From positions 17,322 through 81,321 of the forward strand of contig JBJXGX010000305.1 of NCBI GenBank assembly GCA_046160305.1: a DNA stretch of 64,000 nt. The letters run 5' to 3'. Made by a program: the position numbers and the translations under genes. The stretch's first letter is position 1. Each line of letters opens with the position of its first letter. This DNA is from Burkholderiales bacterium (GTDB taxonomy: Bacteria; Pseudomonadota; Gammaproteobacteria; Burkholderiales; SG8-39). Below, in pieces: positions 38,603-48,839 of this stretch. The notes below the pieces were generated by a model. The model saw only the letters and a list, made by a program, of their open reading frames with translations, ran no database searches and was not told the origin of the DNA.

Positions 38603-39475
38603 ATGACCGTGACAGTCGCGACAGTCGTGAGAATCGCTCCCAATAACCCGGTATTCGATTTGCCGGTGATCGTCGCAATCGAGGAAGGCTTGTTCGCCAA
38701 GGCGGACCTCGACGTGAGCTTCTCGGCGACCTACGCGGATCGCGAGAAAGACACCGTCGAGAAGCCGATCCTCTCAAGACTCAAGGAGCAGCTCTTCGAG
38801 TGCGGCTCGGCCAATAGCTACAACGTCTGCGAATGGGCCAGCATCGACCGGCTGGAACGCGGCACACGCGGTGGCAGCATCGCAGCACTTCGGGCGGCGG
38901 TCGCGGCACAGGCCATCCTCACCTTCGAGGACGCGTTGCAGACGCCGCGCGATATGGCCGGCGTTCCGGTCGTCGTGCAGGAACTCACCGGCTCGCACTA
39001 TACAACGCTCCAGATGCTGGAGAGCGCGGTCGGCCGTGAGCACGTCAAGATCGAGAACGGTGGACTCCCGCAAATGCGTTGGCGCGGATTGAAGAGCGGC
39101 CTCCACCGCGCGGTCGCGGTGATGGAGCCGTTTATCAGTCTGGGGCTCAAGGAGGGCGCGCATATCATTGCCGCCTCGTTCTATCGCGGCGGTGAGGTGG
39201 TGGGGCCTGAACTCACGTCCGAGCAGCGCAAGGCCTACTACGATGCAGAGAATCAAGCGGTCGATCTGATCAACGCGGATTTCTACCAGTACGCGCATCA
39301 CGTCACCGCCGCCACCCACGGCGCGCTCGAACCGCGCGAGTTGCTGAAGGCATTCGTCCATTACAAGCACGTCGACTACTACGATCCGGACCGGTTCAAC
39401 CGGGCCTATGACTGGATGAAGGCGCGCGGCATGACTGACGGGCAGGGTGCGCACGGGGCATTGGTGGTTGGCTAA
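38603..39475 (+). CDS. NMT1/SsuA-like periplasmic-binding-fold protein with no signal peptide
   Basis: LPVIVAIEEGLF, TGSHY, VMEPF typical of PBP type 2; GGAAGG RBS; no hydrophobic leader. Confidence 0.7.
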   Translation: MTVTVATVVRIAPNNPVFDLPVIVAIEEGLFAKADLDVSFSATYADREKDTVEKPILSRLKEQLFECGSANSYNVCEWASIDRLERGTRGGSIAALRAAVAAQAILTFEDALQTPRDMAGVPVVVQELTGSHYTTLQMLESAVGREHVKIENGGLPQMRWRGLKSGLHRAVAVMEPFISLGLKEGAHIIAASFYRGGEVVGPELTSEQRKAYYDAENQAVDLINADFYQYAHHVTAATHGALEPRELLKAFVHYKHVDYYDPDRFNRAYDWMKARGMTDGQGAHGALVVG

Positions 39476-39544
39476 CGCGCGTCGGATTTGCCTTCGCGAT
39501 TTGGCTACCAGCAGATAACGCGCCGATCGAATGTGATTCGAAAA

Positions 39545-40369
39545 ATGAGCCTCAACAGCATTAGCGTGACACCTCTTTCGCCGCATATCGGCGCGGAGAT
39601 CACCGGTGTCGATCTGCGCGAGCCATTACACGGTGAGCAGGTGGAGGAAATTCACGCGGCCCTGATGCGCCATCTCGTGGTCTTTTTCCGCGACCAGCCG
39701 ATCGACTTCGTCGCGCATAAACGCTTTTGCAGCTATTTCGGCGCAATGCACATCCATGTCGGCGGCGATGGCACCGCTTCGAGCACTGTCGAGGGCCATC
39801 CTGAAATCCGGCGCCAACATTTCACCGCCGATTCGAAGCGTGTGTCGGGCGAGGTGTGGCATACCGATCAATCCTGCGCGCCGATCCCGCCGATGGGCAG
39901 CATCCTGCACCAGCACATCGTGCCGCCGATGGGCGGGGGCGACACGCTGTTCGCCAGCATGTATGCGGCGTACGACGAGCTGTCGGCTCCCATGCAGCGC
40001 TTTCTTGAAGGCATGACCGCAATGCACGACGGCGCATTGTTGTTCGATAAGACGTCGACCAAGTATCCGACCGCCGTGCATCCGGTGATCGTGCGCCATC
40101 CGGTCACTGGCCGCAAACTGATCTATGTGAATCGTGGCTTCACGGCGCGCATCAACGAGTTGCCGGTGACGGAAAGCGCGGCGGTGCTCGCATTTCTGTT
40201 CGAGCATTGCGCGCGGCCGGACTTCCAGATGCGCTTTCATTGGCGCGCGCATTCGATTGCCTTTTGGGACAATCGCTGCACCCAGCACCAGGCGATCTGG
40301 GACTACCACCCGAATGTGCGGTCCGGTTACCGGATCCAGATCAAAGGCACGGCGCCGCCGATTGGTTAG
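39545..40369 (+). CDS. TauD/TfdA family 2-oxoglutarate-dependent dioxygenase
   Basis: IGAEITGVDL, WHTD, GGDTLF, HPVIVRHP, WDNRCTQH. Confidence 0.92.
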   Translation: MSLNSISVTPLSPHIGAEITGVDLREPLHGEQVEEIHAALMRHLVVFFRDQPIDFVAHKRFCSYFGAMHIHVGGDGTASSTVEGHPEIRRQHFTADSKRVSGEVWHTDQSCAPIPPMGSILHQHIVPPMGGGDTLFASMYAAYDELSAPMQRFLEGMTAMHDGALLFDKTSTKYPTAVHPVIVRHPVTGRKLIYVNRGFTARINELPVTESAAVLAFLFEHCARPDFQMRFHWRAHSIAFWDNRCTQHQAIWDYHPNVRSGYRIQIKGTAPPIG

Positions 40370-40557
40370 CGAGTGGACGGCTCCGCTCACTCGCGCGTCA
40401 GTGCGGCCAAGCGCGCGATGAAAATCCGATCGCCGGGTCAGTCAAACATCGCAGATGTCGCGGCCAACACGGATCTTGGCCGCATCGCCCATTCGACGCA
40501 GGCCGACTTTGTCGTGGCCGGCCGCGTGAATCACCGGGCCCGAAGCCTATTAAGGCG

Positions 40558-40950
40558 CTACTTGATCACTTCCCAGAATATTCCCGCAATGCAGATGAAA
40601 CCCAGCGTGAATATGACGGTCCTGATATAGGCGATCCCTAACAAATAAACGACCGCATGTCCAAGTCGCAGCCAGAAAAAGCACACCGCCCAAAACGCCG
40701 TCATGGCATTCGCCTTGCCGGCCAAATGCGCAATGATCACGAGCGCTGCAAATGGCGCGAACACCTCGACCGCGTTCATATACGTGCGATCGGCACGTTT
40801 CCCCCACGACGGTAGGGGGCGCGGCGTCGGATCCACGTAGTTGATCGGTTTGGGAAATCCGTTCGTCATGACCTGCGCCACGACATAGGGTATCCACAGG
40901 ACTGCCGTCAGCAATGCCGTCAGCGCGAGGTATTTGAGGTCAGTCGACAT
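40558..40950 (-). CDS. MAPEG family membrane protein
   Basis: RADRTYMNAVE, RLGHAVVY; four TM segments; AGGAG RBS. Confidence 0.8.
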   Translation of the reverse strand: MSTDLKYLALTALLTAVLWIPYVVAQVMTNGFPKPINYVDPTPRPLPSWGKRADRTYMNAVEVFAPFAALVIIAHLAGKANAMTAFWAVCFFWLRLGHAVVYLLGIAYIRTVIFTLGFICIAGIFWEVIK

Positions 40951-41134
40951 GGGGATCTCCTTTGGTTTGAATGGGCGAATTATCGTAGCGGGCGTCACGT
41001 GCAGATATCGACGTCATCGAGACGTGCGGTTCACTTCGCTTTCGATCCGCCATCGGCCCTTGCAGTCGGATGCTGGCCTTGCAGAATCGCACATAAGCCC
41101 CCTCGGGCATCTGTTTATCAATACACCCCCTCAC

Positions 41135-42763
41135 TCACGCGGCGACGAGATCAGGCTTGTCGGGTCGCGATCGCAATTTCACCGGGATGATCTTCTTGTT
41201 TGCGGGTAGAAACTGTTCCGGCACATCGGCGTAGACCGTGTTCGAGGTGGTTCCCGCCGCGAGTGGTATCGGGGGCTGCGCCGGATGCAGCGGAATTTCC
41301 TCCAGCTGGGTCGCGACCGAAACACCCTCGTGCGTGAAGTGCGACTTGGCCCGCAACAGCATCGGCAGGTGCTTCGCCATGTGCCAGAACGTCCAGCGGT
41401 GCTGCCACAGTCTCTTCGCGAACCGCCTGTGGTACTGCTTGCTCTTGTAGAAACGCATGATGTGCCAGTTGTAGAGGTCCTCCATCTGCTCGCGCGACGA
41501 GAACCCCTCTGGCACATAGACGAAATTCAGGCAGTTCATGAGGCGCCAGTCCTCGTGGAAGGACCCCTCCTTGCCGTTGTTCTGGATGATTTCATGCCAC
41601 ATCGGCGCGCCATGGAACGGCGTGAATTTGGTCATGTTCATCTCGTCGAGGTCGAGCTCCAGGATGAAGTCCGACGTCCTCCGGAGCGTCTCCGGCGTCT
41701 CGCCCGGCAGACCAAATATGAACAGCCCCTTGGTCCGCATGCCAAGCTTCTGGATGCGTCGCGTCGTCTCGCGAACCTGCTCGAGTGCGACGCCGGTTTT
41801 GTGCCGCTCCATCATGGCAGGGTCGGCGGTCTCCATGCCCATCGACAGCATCAACGCGCCGGCCCGCTTCATGAGGGAGAGGAGTTCCTCGTCGTCGTTG
41901 TGACCGACGCGGATGGCGCAATTCCAATCCATGCCAAGCGGCTTCTTGATGAGCGTCTCGCATAGCTCGACCACGCGCTTGCGACTGGCGGTGAACAGGT
42001 CGTCGTAGAAGTTGATGTGATGCACGCCGTAGGTATCGCGCAGGTGCTTCATGTGCTCCCACGTGTATTCGGCGGAGTTGTGCCGGTATTTGTGTTCATA
42101 CACCGTGCGATCGCAGAAGCTGCATGTGAACGGGCAGCCGCGGCTGGTGATGAGGTTCGTGCCGTAGCGCTTGATGTAGCTGAAAAGCGGCAGGTGATAC
42201 CCGGTGGGGAAGCCCTCCAGCTTGTGCCAGGCCGGAAACGGCAGCTCGTCGAGATCGTTGATGCGCGTGCGACGAGGATTGGAGACCACCTTTTCGCCGT
42301 CGCGCCAGACCAGACCCGAGATCGTCGCGGGCGCAGCGCCGTCGGCGAGATCCTGGAGCGTTCCCTCACCTTCGCCCACGCACAGATAGTCGATGTTCGG
42401 AAAATGCTCGAGGAGCTGGCCGCCGATCGAAGAGGGGTGCACCGCGCCGAAGATGATCTTCACCCCCGGGCGCTTCTGCCGGATCAGGCCGGCGATGTCG
42501 TAGCCGTCGAGGAAAGCAGAGGTGGTCGTTGAGAATCCCACCATATCGGGCTTCCAGTCGACCACTCTTTGCGCCGTCTCCTCCGCATTGCGTGGCGGCC
42601 TGGGACCGAGGCAGTCGATCAGCATCGTCTCGTGGCCGTGCTTTTCGAGCCAGGAGGCCAGCGACAGAATGCCGATCGGCGCCATCCGGTTGGCGAAGAG
42701 CGACAGATCGGGTTGACCAGGGCAGAAGTTGTAGCCGGCCGGATGAATGAGGGCCACGCGCAT
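41135..42763 (-). CDS. B12-binding domain radical SAM protein
   Basis: PIGILSLAS, VGEGE, TSRGCPFTCSFC (CxxxCxxC), FYDDLF, FIFGLPGET. Confidence 0.92.
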   Translation of the reverse strand: MRVALIHPAGYNFCPGQPDLSLFANRMAPIGILSLASWLEKHGHETMLIDCLGPRPPRNAEETAQRVVDWKPDMVGFSTTTSAFLDGYDIAGLIRQKRPGVKIIFGAVHPSSIGGQLLEHFPNIDYLCVGEGEGTLQDLADGAAPATISGLVWRDGEKVVSNPRRTRINDLDELPFPAWHKLEGFPTGYHLPLFSYIKRYGTNLITSRGCPFTCSFCDRTVYEHKYRHNSAEYTWEHMKHLRDTYGVHHINFYDDLFTASRKRVVELCETLIKKPLGMDWNCAIRVGHNDDEELLSLMKRAGALMLSMGMETADPAMMERHKTGVALEQVRETTRRIQKLGMRTKGLFIFGLPGETPETLRRTSDFILELDLDEMNMTKFTPFHGAPMWHEIIQNNGKEGSFHEDWRLMNCLNFVYVPEGFSSREQMEDLYNWHIMRFYKSKQYHRRFAKRLWQHRWTFWHMAKHLPMLLRAKSHFTHEGVSVATQLEEIPLHPAQPPIPLAAGTTSNTVYADVPEQFLPANKKIIPVKLRSRPDKPDLVAA

Positions 42764-43037
42764 GGAACGCTCCTTGGTCGCAGTGAACGCCCCTGGCGGG
42801 GCAGGCTCGGGCAGCAAAGTCCGCATATTGCTACGAGCCAGGGAAAAAGGAAACGTCCGCCTTTCGCCGCGACCGGTGCGTGCGGCCGCACCCCCGATCA
42901 GCCGGCGGACCCGGTTGCCGGGCTGTCTGGTGCGGTGCATGGCGTTTTCCGTGCACGTCGACGGTGCATGTCGGCCCCGCATTGACGCGCATCCGCGTGG
43001 CCTGTAACGTCTGCGACCGCCGTTACCCTCTGCCGAC

Positions 43038-43892
43038 ATGACTTCACCGAGTCTTCCGTCCGTGCCGACCGCCGTACAGCGTGCCGATCCGCGATGGCGC
43101 CTGGCGCCGATCTTCCCGGCCAGTGCCGCGTTGCATGCTGCGAGCCTTGGCGTTGTCGCGCTGCACCCACATACATGGCCCTGGGCGCTCGCGACCGTGG
43201 TTGGAAATCATGCGCTCCTCGCCGCCGTGGGGCTCGTTCCGCGCAGCCAACTCCTTGGCCCCAACATGGTCCGCCTTCCGGCTTCCGCGGCCGCACGAAG
43301 GGAAATCGCGATCACGTTCGATGACGGGCCGGATCCGGAGATCACCCCGCGCGTGCTCGATTGCCTGGATAGCGCCGGCGTCAAGGCGAGCTTCTTTGTG
43401 GTTGGCGAGCGGGTTCTTCGCTATCCGCACCTCGTGCGGGAAATCCACCGCCGCGGCCATTCGGTCGAGAATCACACGATGGTGCATTCCTTACGCTTCT
43501 CCTTGTACGGATCCGATCACCTGTTCAGCGAGCTCTCCGCGGCGCAATCGATCATCGCCGAGGCATGTGGCAGCCGCCCGCGCTACTTCCGCGCGCCCTG
43601 CGGTCTGCGCGGTCCGTTGCTCGATCGTGTGCTCGCACGGCTCGATCTGCAGCTCGTTTCCTGGACCCGGCGCGGGCTCGATACCGTCGCGCGTACACCG
43701 GAGCCCGTGCTGGCACGCCTTGCGCATCGCGCGGGCGCCGGGGACATCCTCCTCCTCCACGATGGCATCGCGGTGCTGGAGAAGCGCAACCATCATGTTC
43801 TGACGGTGCTGCCGAGGCTCATCGACGCTTGCAGGATGCGAGGCCTGCGGCCGGTGACGATGCGCGCTGCCTGCGACGTGGATCCTGCGTGA
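43038..43892 (+). CDS. Polysaccharide deacetylase (NodB-like) with hydrophobic N-terminus
   Basis: TFDDGP, NHTMVH, FRAPCG, LLHDG. Confidence 0.88.
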   Translation: MTSPSLPSVPTAVQRADPRWRLAPIFPASAALHAASLGVVALHPHTWPWALATVVGNHALLAAVGLVPRSQLLGPNMVRLPASAAARREIAITFDDGPDPEITPRVLDCLDSAGVKASFFVVGERVLRYPHLVREIHRRGHSVENHTMVHSLRFSLYGSDHLFSELSAAQSIIAEACGSRPRYFRAPCGLRGPLLDRVLARLDLQLVSWTRRGLDTVARTPEPVLARLAHRAGAGDILLLHDGIAVLEKRNHHVLTVLPRLIDACRMRGLRPVTMRAACDVDPA

Positions 43893-43913
43893 TATTGAAG
43901 GTGAGGACAGACG

Positions 43914-44663
43914 GTGAGATCGTGCCTGTTGCGTGCAACCCTTGTATTGTCATTGCTCGTTAGTGAAGCTTCGTTCGCCGCCGAAATCAAGGGCTTCTTC
44001 ACCGGCGCGGCACGCCGCTCGCTCGCGACGCTTCTCCCGCAATTCGAGCGCATCACCGGCCACAAGGTCGCGGGCGAATATGCCTTGCCGCCAGACTTGA
44101 TCAAGCGGATCCATGCCGGCGAGCCGTTCGACGTCATCATCCTCTCCTATGACGTCGAAGGGCTGGTCGGGCAGGGCAAGGTCGCGGCCGACTCGCGAAC
44201 CACGCTTGGCCGCATCGGTGTCGGCGTCGCCGTTCGTCAAGGCGCGCCGAAGCCGGACTTCAGCACCGTTGATGCGTTCAGGCGCGCACTGCTCAATGCC
44301 AAGGCGATCGCCACTTCGGGCGAGGGCAGCAGCGGCCGCTATGTCGCCGGCCTGCTCGATCAATTGGGCATCGCCGAACAGGTCAGGCCGAAAATTCGAT
44401 CGGGCGGTCCAGGCGCCTCCGCCCAACTGGTGTCTCGAGGCGAGGTGGATTTCGTCGTGTCGGGTCTCCCGCCGCTGATCGGCACGCCAGACATCGAATG
44501 GCTGGGCTATCTTCCGGCCGAGATCAACAGTTGGCTCTTGTTCACCGGCGGGGTCGGCACCAAGGCCGGCGAAGCGGACGCCGGTCGCGCGCTATTGAAA
44601 TTCCTTACGACCCCCGGTGCAGTCGAAGTGTGGAAGGAGAATGGCGTCGAGCCGGTTCAGTGA
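43914..44663 (+). CDS. ModA-like (SBP_bac_11) substrate-binding protein
   Basis: Signal peptide; FERITGHKV, GEPFDV, GVAVRQGAPKPD, SSGRY. Confidence 0.8.
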   Translation: MRSCLLRATLVLSLLVSEASFAAEIKGFFTGAARRSLATLLPQFERITGHKVAGEYALPPDLIKRIHAGEPFDVIILSYDVEGLVGQGKVAADSRTTLGRIGVGVAVRQGAPKPDFSTVDAFRRALLNAKAIATSGEGSSGRYVAGLLDQLGIAEQVRPKIRSGGPGASAQLVSRGEVDFVVSGLPPLIGTPDIEWLGYLPAEINSWLLFTGGVGTKAGEADAGRALLKFLTTPGAVEVWKENGVEPVQ

Positions 44664-44711
44664 CACTGCTGCCGGCGTCGCACACTTTGACATAGCTACT
44701 ACCGCATCAGA

Positions 44712-46694
44712 CTACCGAACCATCGTCGATGGCAACCACATGACGGTTGCCGGCACGAGCACGATCAAGGCGAGCTTGATGAAATCGGCGAGCACGAACG
44801 GCGCGACGCCGCGATAGACCGCGCTCAATGGCATGTCACCGCCGCCAAGACTCTTCAGCACGAACAGATGCAGGCCGAAGGGTGGCGTGATGAGCCCAAG
44901 CTCCAGCACGATGAGGTTGACGATGCCCCACCACACCAGGTCGTAGCCCATGCCGACCACGAGCGGCGACACAATGGGGACGGTGACGAACATCACCGTG
45001 CTCGAATCCATGATGCAGCCGAGCGCGATGTAGATCGCAAGAAGAAAGAAGATCACGATGATGGGCGACCACTGCAATGCGGTGAAGAACTGGGTCATCC
45101 GCTGCGGCAGGCCGGTGACACCCATCGCGAACGAAAAGGTGAGCACACCGAAGATGATCAGGTAGAGCAGGGCGGTCGTGCCGGTGGTCTCGCCCATGAC
45201 GGCGAAGAATGACTTCTTGTTCATGCGCCCGCGCGCGAGTGCGAAGAGGAACGCGCCGGCCGCGCCGACCGCGGCCGCTTCCGTCTCGGTGAAGATGCCA
45301 CCGTAGATGCCGCCCAATACGATGGCGAAGAGCGCGAGGCCAGCCCACGCCTTGCGGGCGGCGAGGCCGACCGAACCCCAGTCCGTTCGGGTCGAGCTCG
45401 CCGGTGCGATGGACGGACGAATGCGCACGCTCACGATGATGGCGAGCATGTAGAACGCGATCGCGATGATCGCTGGCACCACTGCTGCGATGAACAACTG
45501 CCCGATCGACGTCTCGGTGAGAAAGGCGTAGAAGATGAGCGGGATCGACGGCGGCACGAGCGCTCCGAGCGTTCCGCCGGCGGCCACCGCTCCGGAGGCG
45601 AGTTGCGGCGAATAGCCGCGTGAGATCATCTCCGGCATCGCGACGCGCCCGATCGTCGCGACCGTCGCAAGGGACGAACCGGTGAGCGCACCGAACCCGC
45701 CACAGCCGCCGATCGTGGCGAGCGCGAGGCCACCTCGAAAGCGTGCGAACAGCGCGTGCGCCAGGTCATAGATGTCTTGCGCCATGCCGGCAACCACGGC
45801 GAAGGCGCCCATCATGAGGAACATCGGCACCACCGCGACCTGATGATTGGTGATGAACTGTGCCGACTCGTTGCCGAGCACGCCAAGAATCGGATCGATG
45901 CCAAGCGAGAGCGCACCGGTTACCATGCCGATGACACCGAGCGCGACCGCAAGCGGCACATACAGAAAGAGCAGCACCCAGATGAGCCCGACCATGATCA
46001 GCGAGAAACCGAGCGGGCTTGCCTTGGCCAGGTGCGAGAGCGGCGCGTGCGCGAGCTGGAAGAGATAGAGCAGCGCCGCGGCGAGCATGACAAGCGCAAG
46101 CGAGGCGACGAACACCTTGATGCCGTCCATCGCGGGCGGCGCACTGTGAGCTTTGGTCTCGTCGCTCCCAAGGCTCCAGCGGCTCGGGTCGGGGATCCCT
46201 GCCAGCGCATACCGCACGCAGACCATGAATGCGACGACTTGCACGAGCGCGGTCATCGCGACGAAGAAGGCGATGGCCCAGATGTACGGATACACCGGCA
46301 TCTGCACATAGGTGGTCGCCATACCGCGCGCTTGCAATGCCTGTGCGTAGATAGCGATGCGCCACGCGATGAAGGCGTAGAAAACCAGTAGCAGCAACGA
46401 GCCCACGACCTTCAGCCATGCAATGCCGGCGGGTGGTATGCGCCCGCCAAGCATCTCGATCGTGAGATTCACGCGGAGCGCGGCACCCGATGGAAAGCAG
46501 GCCGACACCGCGACACCCAACGCCAGACCCAAGACTTCCGCCGCGCCCGGAATAGGCGCGTTCAAGAGCCAGCGCAGCAGAATGTCGGTGATGGTCGTGA
46601 ACGCGATCGCCAACATGGCGAACACGCCCACTACCGCGATACGCTGCGTGATGAGGACGCAGCGGCGGTCCAGCCGATCGAGCGCGAACTCCAC
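44712..46694 (-). CDS. TRAP transporter fused small and large permease (DctQM)
   Basis: N-terminal DctQ-like 4-TM domain; DctM motifs GGTLGALVPPS, GIFTETEAA, ITPPFG. Confidence 0.88.
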   Translation of the reverse strand: MEFALDRLDRRCVLITQRIAVVGVFAMLAIAFTTITDILLRWLLNAPIPGAAEVLGLALGVAVSACFPSGAALRVNLTIEMLGGRIPPAGIAWLKVVGSLLLLVFYAFIAWRIAIYAQALQARGMATTYVQMPVYPYIWAIAFFVAMTALVQVVAFMVCVRYALAGIPDPSRWSLGSDETKAHSAPPAMDGIKVFVASLALVMLAAALLYLFQLAHAPLSHLAKASPLGFSLIMVGLIWVLLFLYVPLAVALGVIGMVTGALSLGIDPILGVLGNESAQFITNHQVAVVPMFLMMGAFAVVAGMAQDIYDLAHALFARFRGGLALATIGGCGGFGALTGSSLATVATIGRVAMPEMISRGYSPQLASGAVAAGGTLGALVPPSIPLIFYAFLTETSIGQLFIAAVVPAIIAIAFYMLAIIVSVRIRPSIAPASSTRTDWGSVGLAARKAWAGLALFAIVLGGIYGGIFTETEAAAVGAAGAFLFALARGRMNKKSFFAVMGETTGTTALLYLIIFGVLTFSFAMGVTGLPQRMTQFFTALQWSPIIVIFFLLAIYIALGCIMDSSTVMFVTVPIVSPLVVGMGYDLVWWGIVNLIVLELGLITPPFGLHLFVLKSLGGGDMPLSAVYRGVAPFVLADFIKLALIVLVPATVMWLPSTMVR

Positions 46695-46697
46695 CCG

Positions 46698-47726
46698 CTA
46701 CTTGCCGTCTGGCGCTTTTACCGCGGCTTTCACTGCGCGAATCTCGCCACGATACGCAGCGAGTGCCTTGTCGCCGCCGGGTGTCTCTTTCACCCACTGG
46801 TCGAGCACGGGTTGAATGGCGCTTTTCCAGCGTATGGTTTCCGCGGCAGGAAGGCTGTAAAGGGTCTCTTTCACGACCGCCATGCCTCGTGCGTTCGCCG
46901 CGTTGACGGTTGCGCCCATGCGCTCGGCCATGGCCAGACCACCGGCCTTGTCGATGGCGGCCCTTCCCTGCGCGGGCAGCGCGTCATAGCGCTTCTTCGA
47001 CATGATCACCACCGCCGGGTCGCTGGTGAGCGGCAAGGCGAGCTGATGCTTGGTGACTTCATGCAGACGGAATGTGATGAGGCCGCCGAACGTCTGGACG
47101 GTTGCATCGATAAGACCGCGACTCAGCGCCTGGTAAGCCTCGGGCGGCGTGCCGCCGACCTGCGCGGAACCCAGTGCGGTGATGGCGCGGGTCGAGATGA
47201 TGTTGTAGGCCGACATCTTCTTGCCCTTCATGTCCTCGAGCGTCTTGATCGGTGTGCGCGAGAAAATGCTGCCATTGGCGAGCACGAAGAGGAACACCGG
47301 CCGCACGTCGGCGTATTCAGGCGCGGTGATGCCCTTGGCGTAGAGATTCCATAGTGCGACCGAGCCTTGGACGCCGTCTTCGGTTTCAAACGGCAGGCTC
47401 GCCACGTCGTGCAGCTTGAATTTGCCACCGGCCTGCGCGGTGAGAATGAAGCCGAAGTCGGCCACGCCATCGACCACACGATCGTACATGACGTTAAAGT
47501 TGCCAAGCGATGCGCCGAAGAACGGCTCCACCTTGATCGTGCCGCCGGCGGCTTCGTTCACCGCATCGATGAACGCGGTGAAGGACCCATGCAGCACCGA
47601 TTGCACCGGCGCGGGCGAAGCGAATTTGAGGGCGATCGGTTGCTGCGCGAAGGCGGGTGGCATCAAAGACAGCGCGAACGCGAACGCGAGCAGTGCGGTT
47701 CCGGCGACGAGCGGCTTCGTCGGCAT
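46698..47726 (-). CDS. TRAP substrate-binding protein DctP
   Basis: Signal peptide; DGVAD, PIKTLEDMKGKK, YQALSRGLID. Confidence 0.88.
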   Translation of the reverse strand: MPTKPLVAGTALLAFAFALSLMPPAFAQQPIALKFASPAPVQSVLHGSFTAFIDAVNEAAGGTIKVEPFFGASLGNFNVMYDRVVDGVADFGFILTAQAGGKFKLHDVASLPFETEDGVQGSVALWNLYAKGITAPEYADVRPVFLFVLANGSIFSRTPIKTLEDMKGKKMSAYNIISTRAITALGSAQVGGTPPEAYQALSRGLIDATVQTFGGLITFRLHEVTKHQLALPLTSDPAVVIMSKKRYDALPAQGRAAIDKAGGLAMAERMGATVNAANARGMAVVKETLYSLPAAETIRWKSAIQPVLDQWVKETPGGDKALAAYRGEIRAVKAAVKAPDGK

Positions 47727-47833
47727 GGGCGTCTCCTCCTTGGTGGTGTATAACCCTAACGCGCGATGAAACCGGCGTCAACGCCGGCGGAATCTGCGAA
47801 CTCCCTGCGGAATGGATTTCGGAAGGAGAGAGC

Positions 47834-48793
47834 ATGCCATCGATCGTTCCTGGCGCTGCACTGCTGCTCGCGGCCGCGTTCACCTCCTGCTTTGCGCAGA
47901 GCTATCCGACGAAGCCGATACGGCTGATCACGCCATTCCCGGCGGGCTCCGGCGCCGACATCATCACGCGCAAAGCCGCCGATGAATTGCTTCCGCGCCT
48001 CGGCCAGCCGATGGTTCACGAAGCGCGGCCCGGCGGCAACTTTCTCATCTCCGGCGAGGCGTGCGCGAAAGCTCCCGCGGATGGCTACACGCTTTGTGTG
48101 ATGACACCGGGCACCGTGTCGTACGCGCCATTCGTCTTCAAGAAAATGCCTTACGACGTGGAACGGGATTTCAAGCCGATCGTCAATCTGTTCTGGGTCG
48201 TGGGTGGATTGTTTGCCAGCCCGAACCTGCAGATCAACACCATCGAGGAACTCAAGGGGCTTGTCGCCAAGGGCCGCAGTTTCAACTGGGCAACGTTTGG
48301 CACCGGCAACAATACCGACGGCGTGCGCCAGTGGGTGCAAGACCACCTGAACATGACGGCCACGGCGATTCCCTACAATAGTCCGCCCGCCATCATCACG
48401 GCCGTCATGACGGGCGAGGCGGACCTCACCTGGATCGGCGTCTATAACGCGTTTGGGCCCACGCGAGCGGGAAAGCTGAAACTCATCGGCGTCGACAGCA
48501 CGAAGCGCTGGCCGGTGATGCCCGATGTTCCCACGCTCGATGAGACGTTCGGTCCATTCGGCTTGCGCGTCTGGATAGGCATCATGGGGCCGGCCGCGAT
48601 GCCGGAGGCCGCGGTGCAGCGCATCGCGGCCGAATATGTGAAGCTCTTCAGCGCGTCGCCCTTCCAGCAATGGCTTGCCGAGAATGGTGTGCAGAACGGC
48701 ATCATGGGGCCGGATGAATTCGCGAAGCTCCTCAAATCGGATCGCGACGACGCGGCCATGTTCGTCAAGAAATACAATTTTCAGGTGAATTGA
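47834..48793 (+). CDS. Bug/TctC substrate-binding protein
   Basis: YPTKPIRLITPFPAGSGAD, PADGYT, PDVPT. Confidence 0.9.
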   Translation: MPSIVPGAALLLAAAFTSCFAQSYPTKPIRLITPFPAGSGADIITRKAADELLPRLGQPMVHEARPGGNFLISGEACAKAPADGYTLCVMTPGTVSYAPFVFKKMPYDVERDFKPIVNLFWVVGGLFASPNLQINTIEELKGLVAKGRSFNWATFGTGNNTDGVRQWVQDHLNMTATAIPYNSPPAIITAVMTGEADLTWIGVYNAFGPTRAGKLKLIGVDSTKRWPVMPDVPTLDETFGPFGLRVWIGIMGPAAMPEAAVQRIAAEYVKLFSASPFQQWLAENGVQNGIMGPDEFAKLLKSDRDDAAMFVKKYNFQVN

Positions 48794-48839
48794 ATCATCG
48801 CCTGCAGACTGACCCTTCCCTCGATATCACCAAGTCCTC

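Noticed and set aside
43914-44663. Molybdate transporter modA serving the Mo enzyme
   Set aside because: There are no modB/modC genes, and it resembles the broader orphan ModA-like family, so the ligand cannot be assigned.
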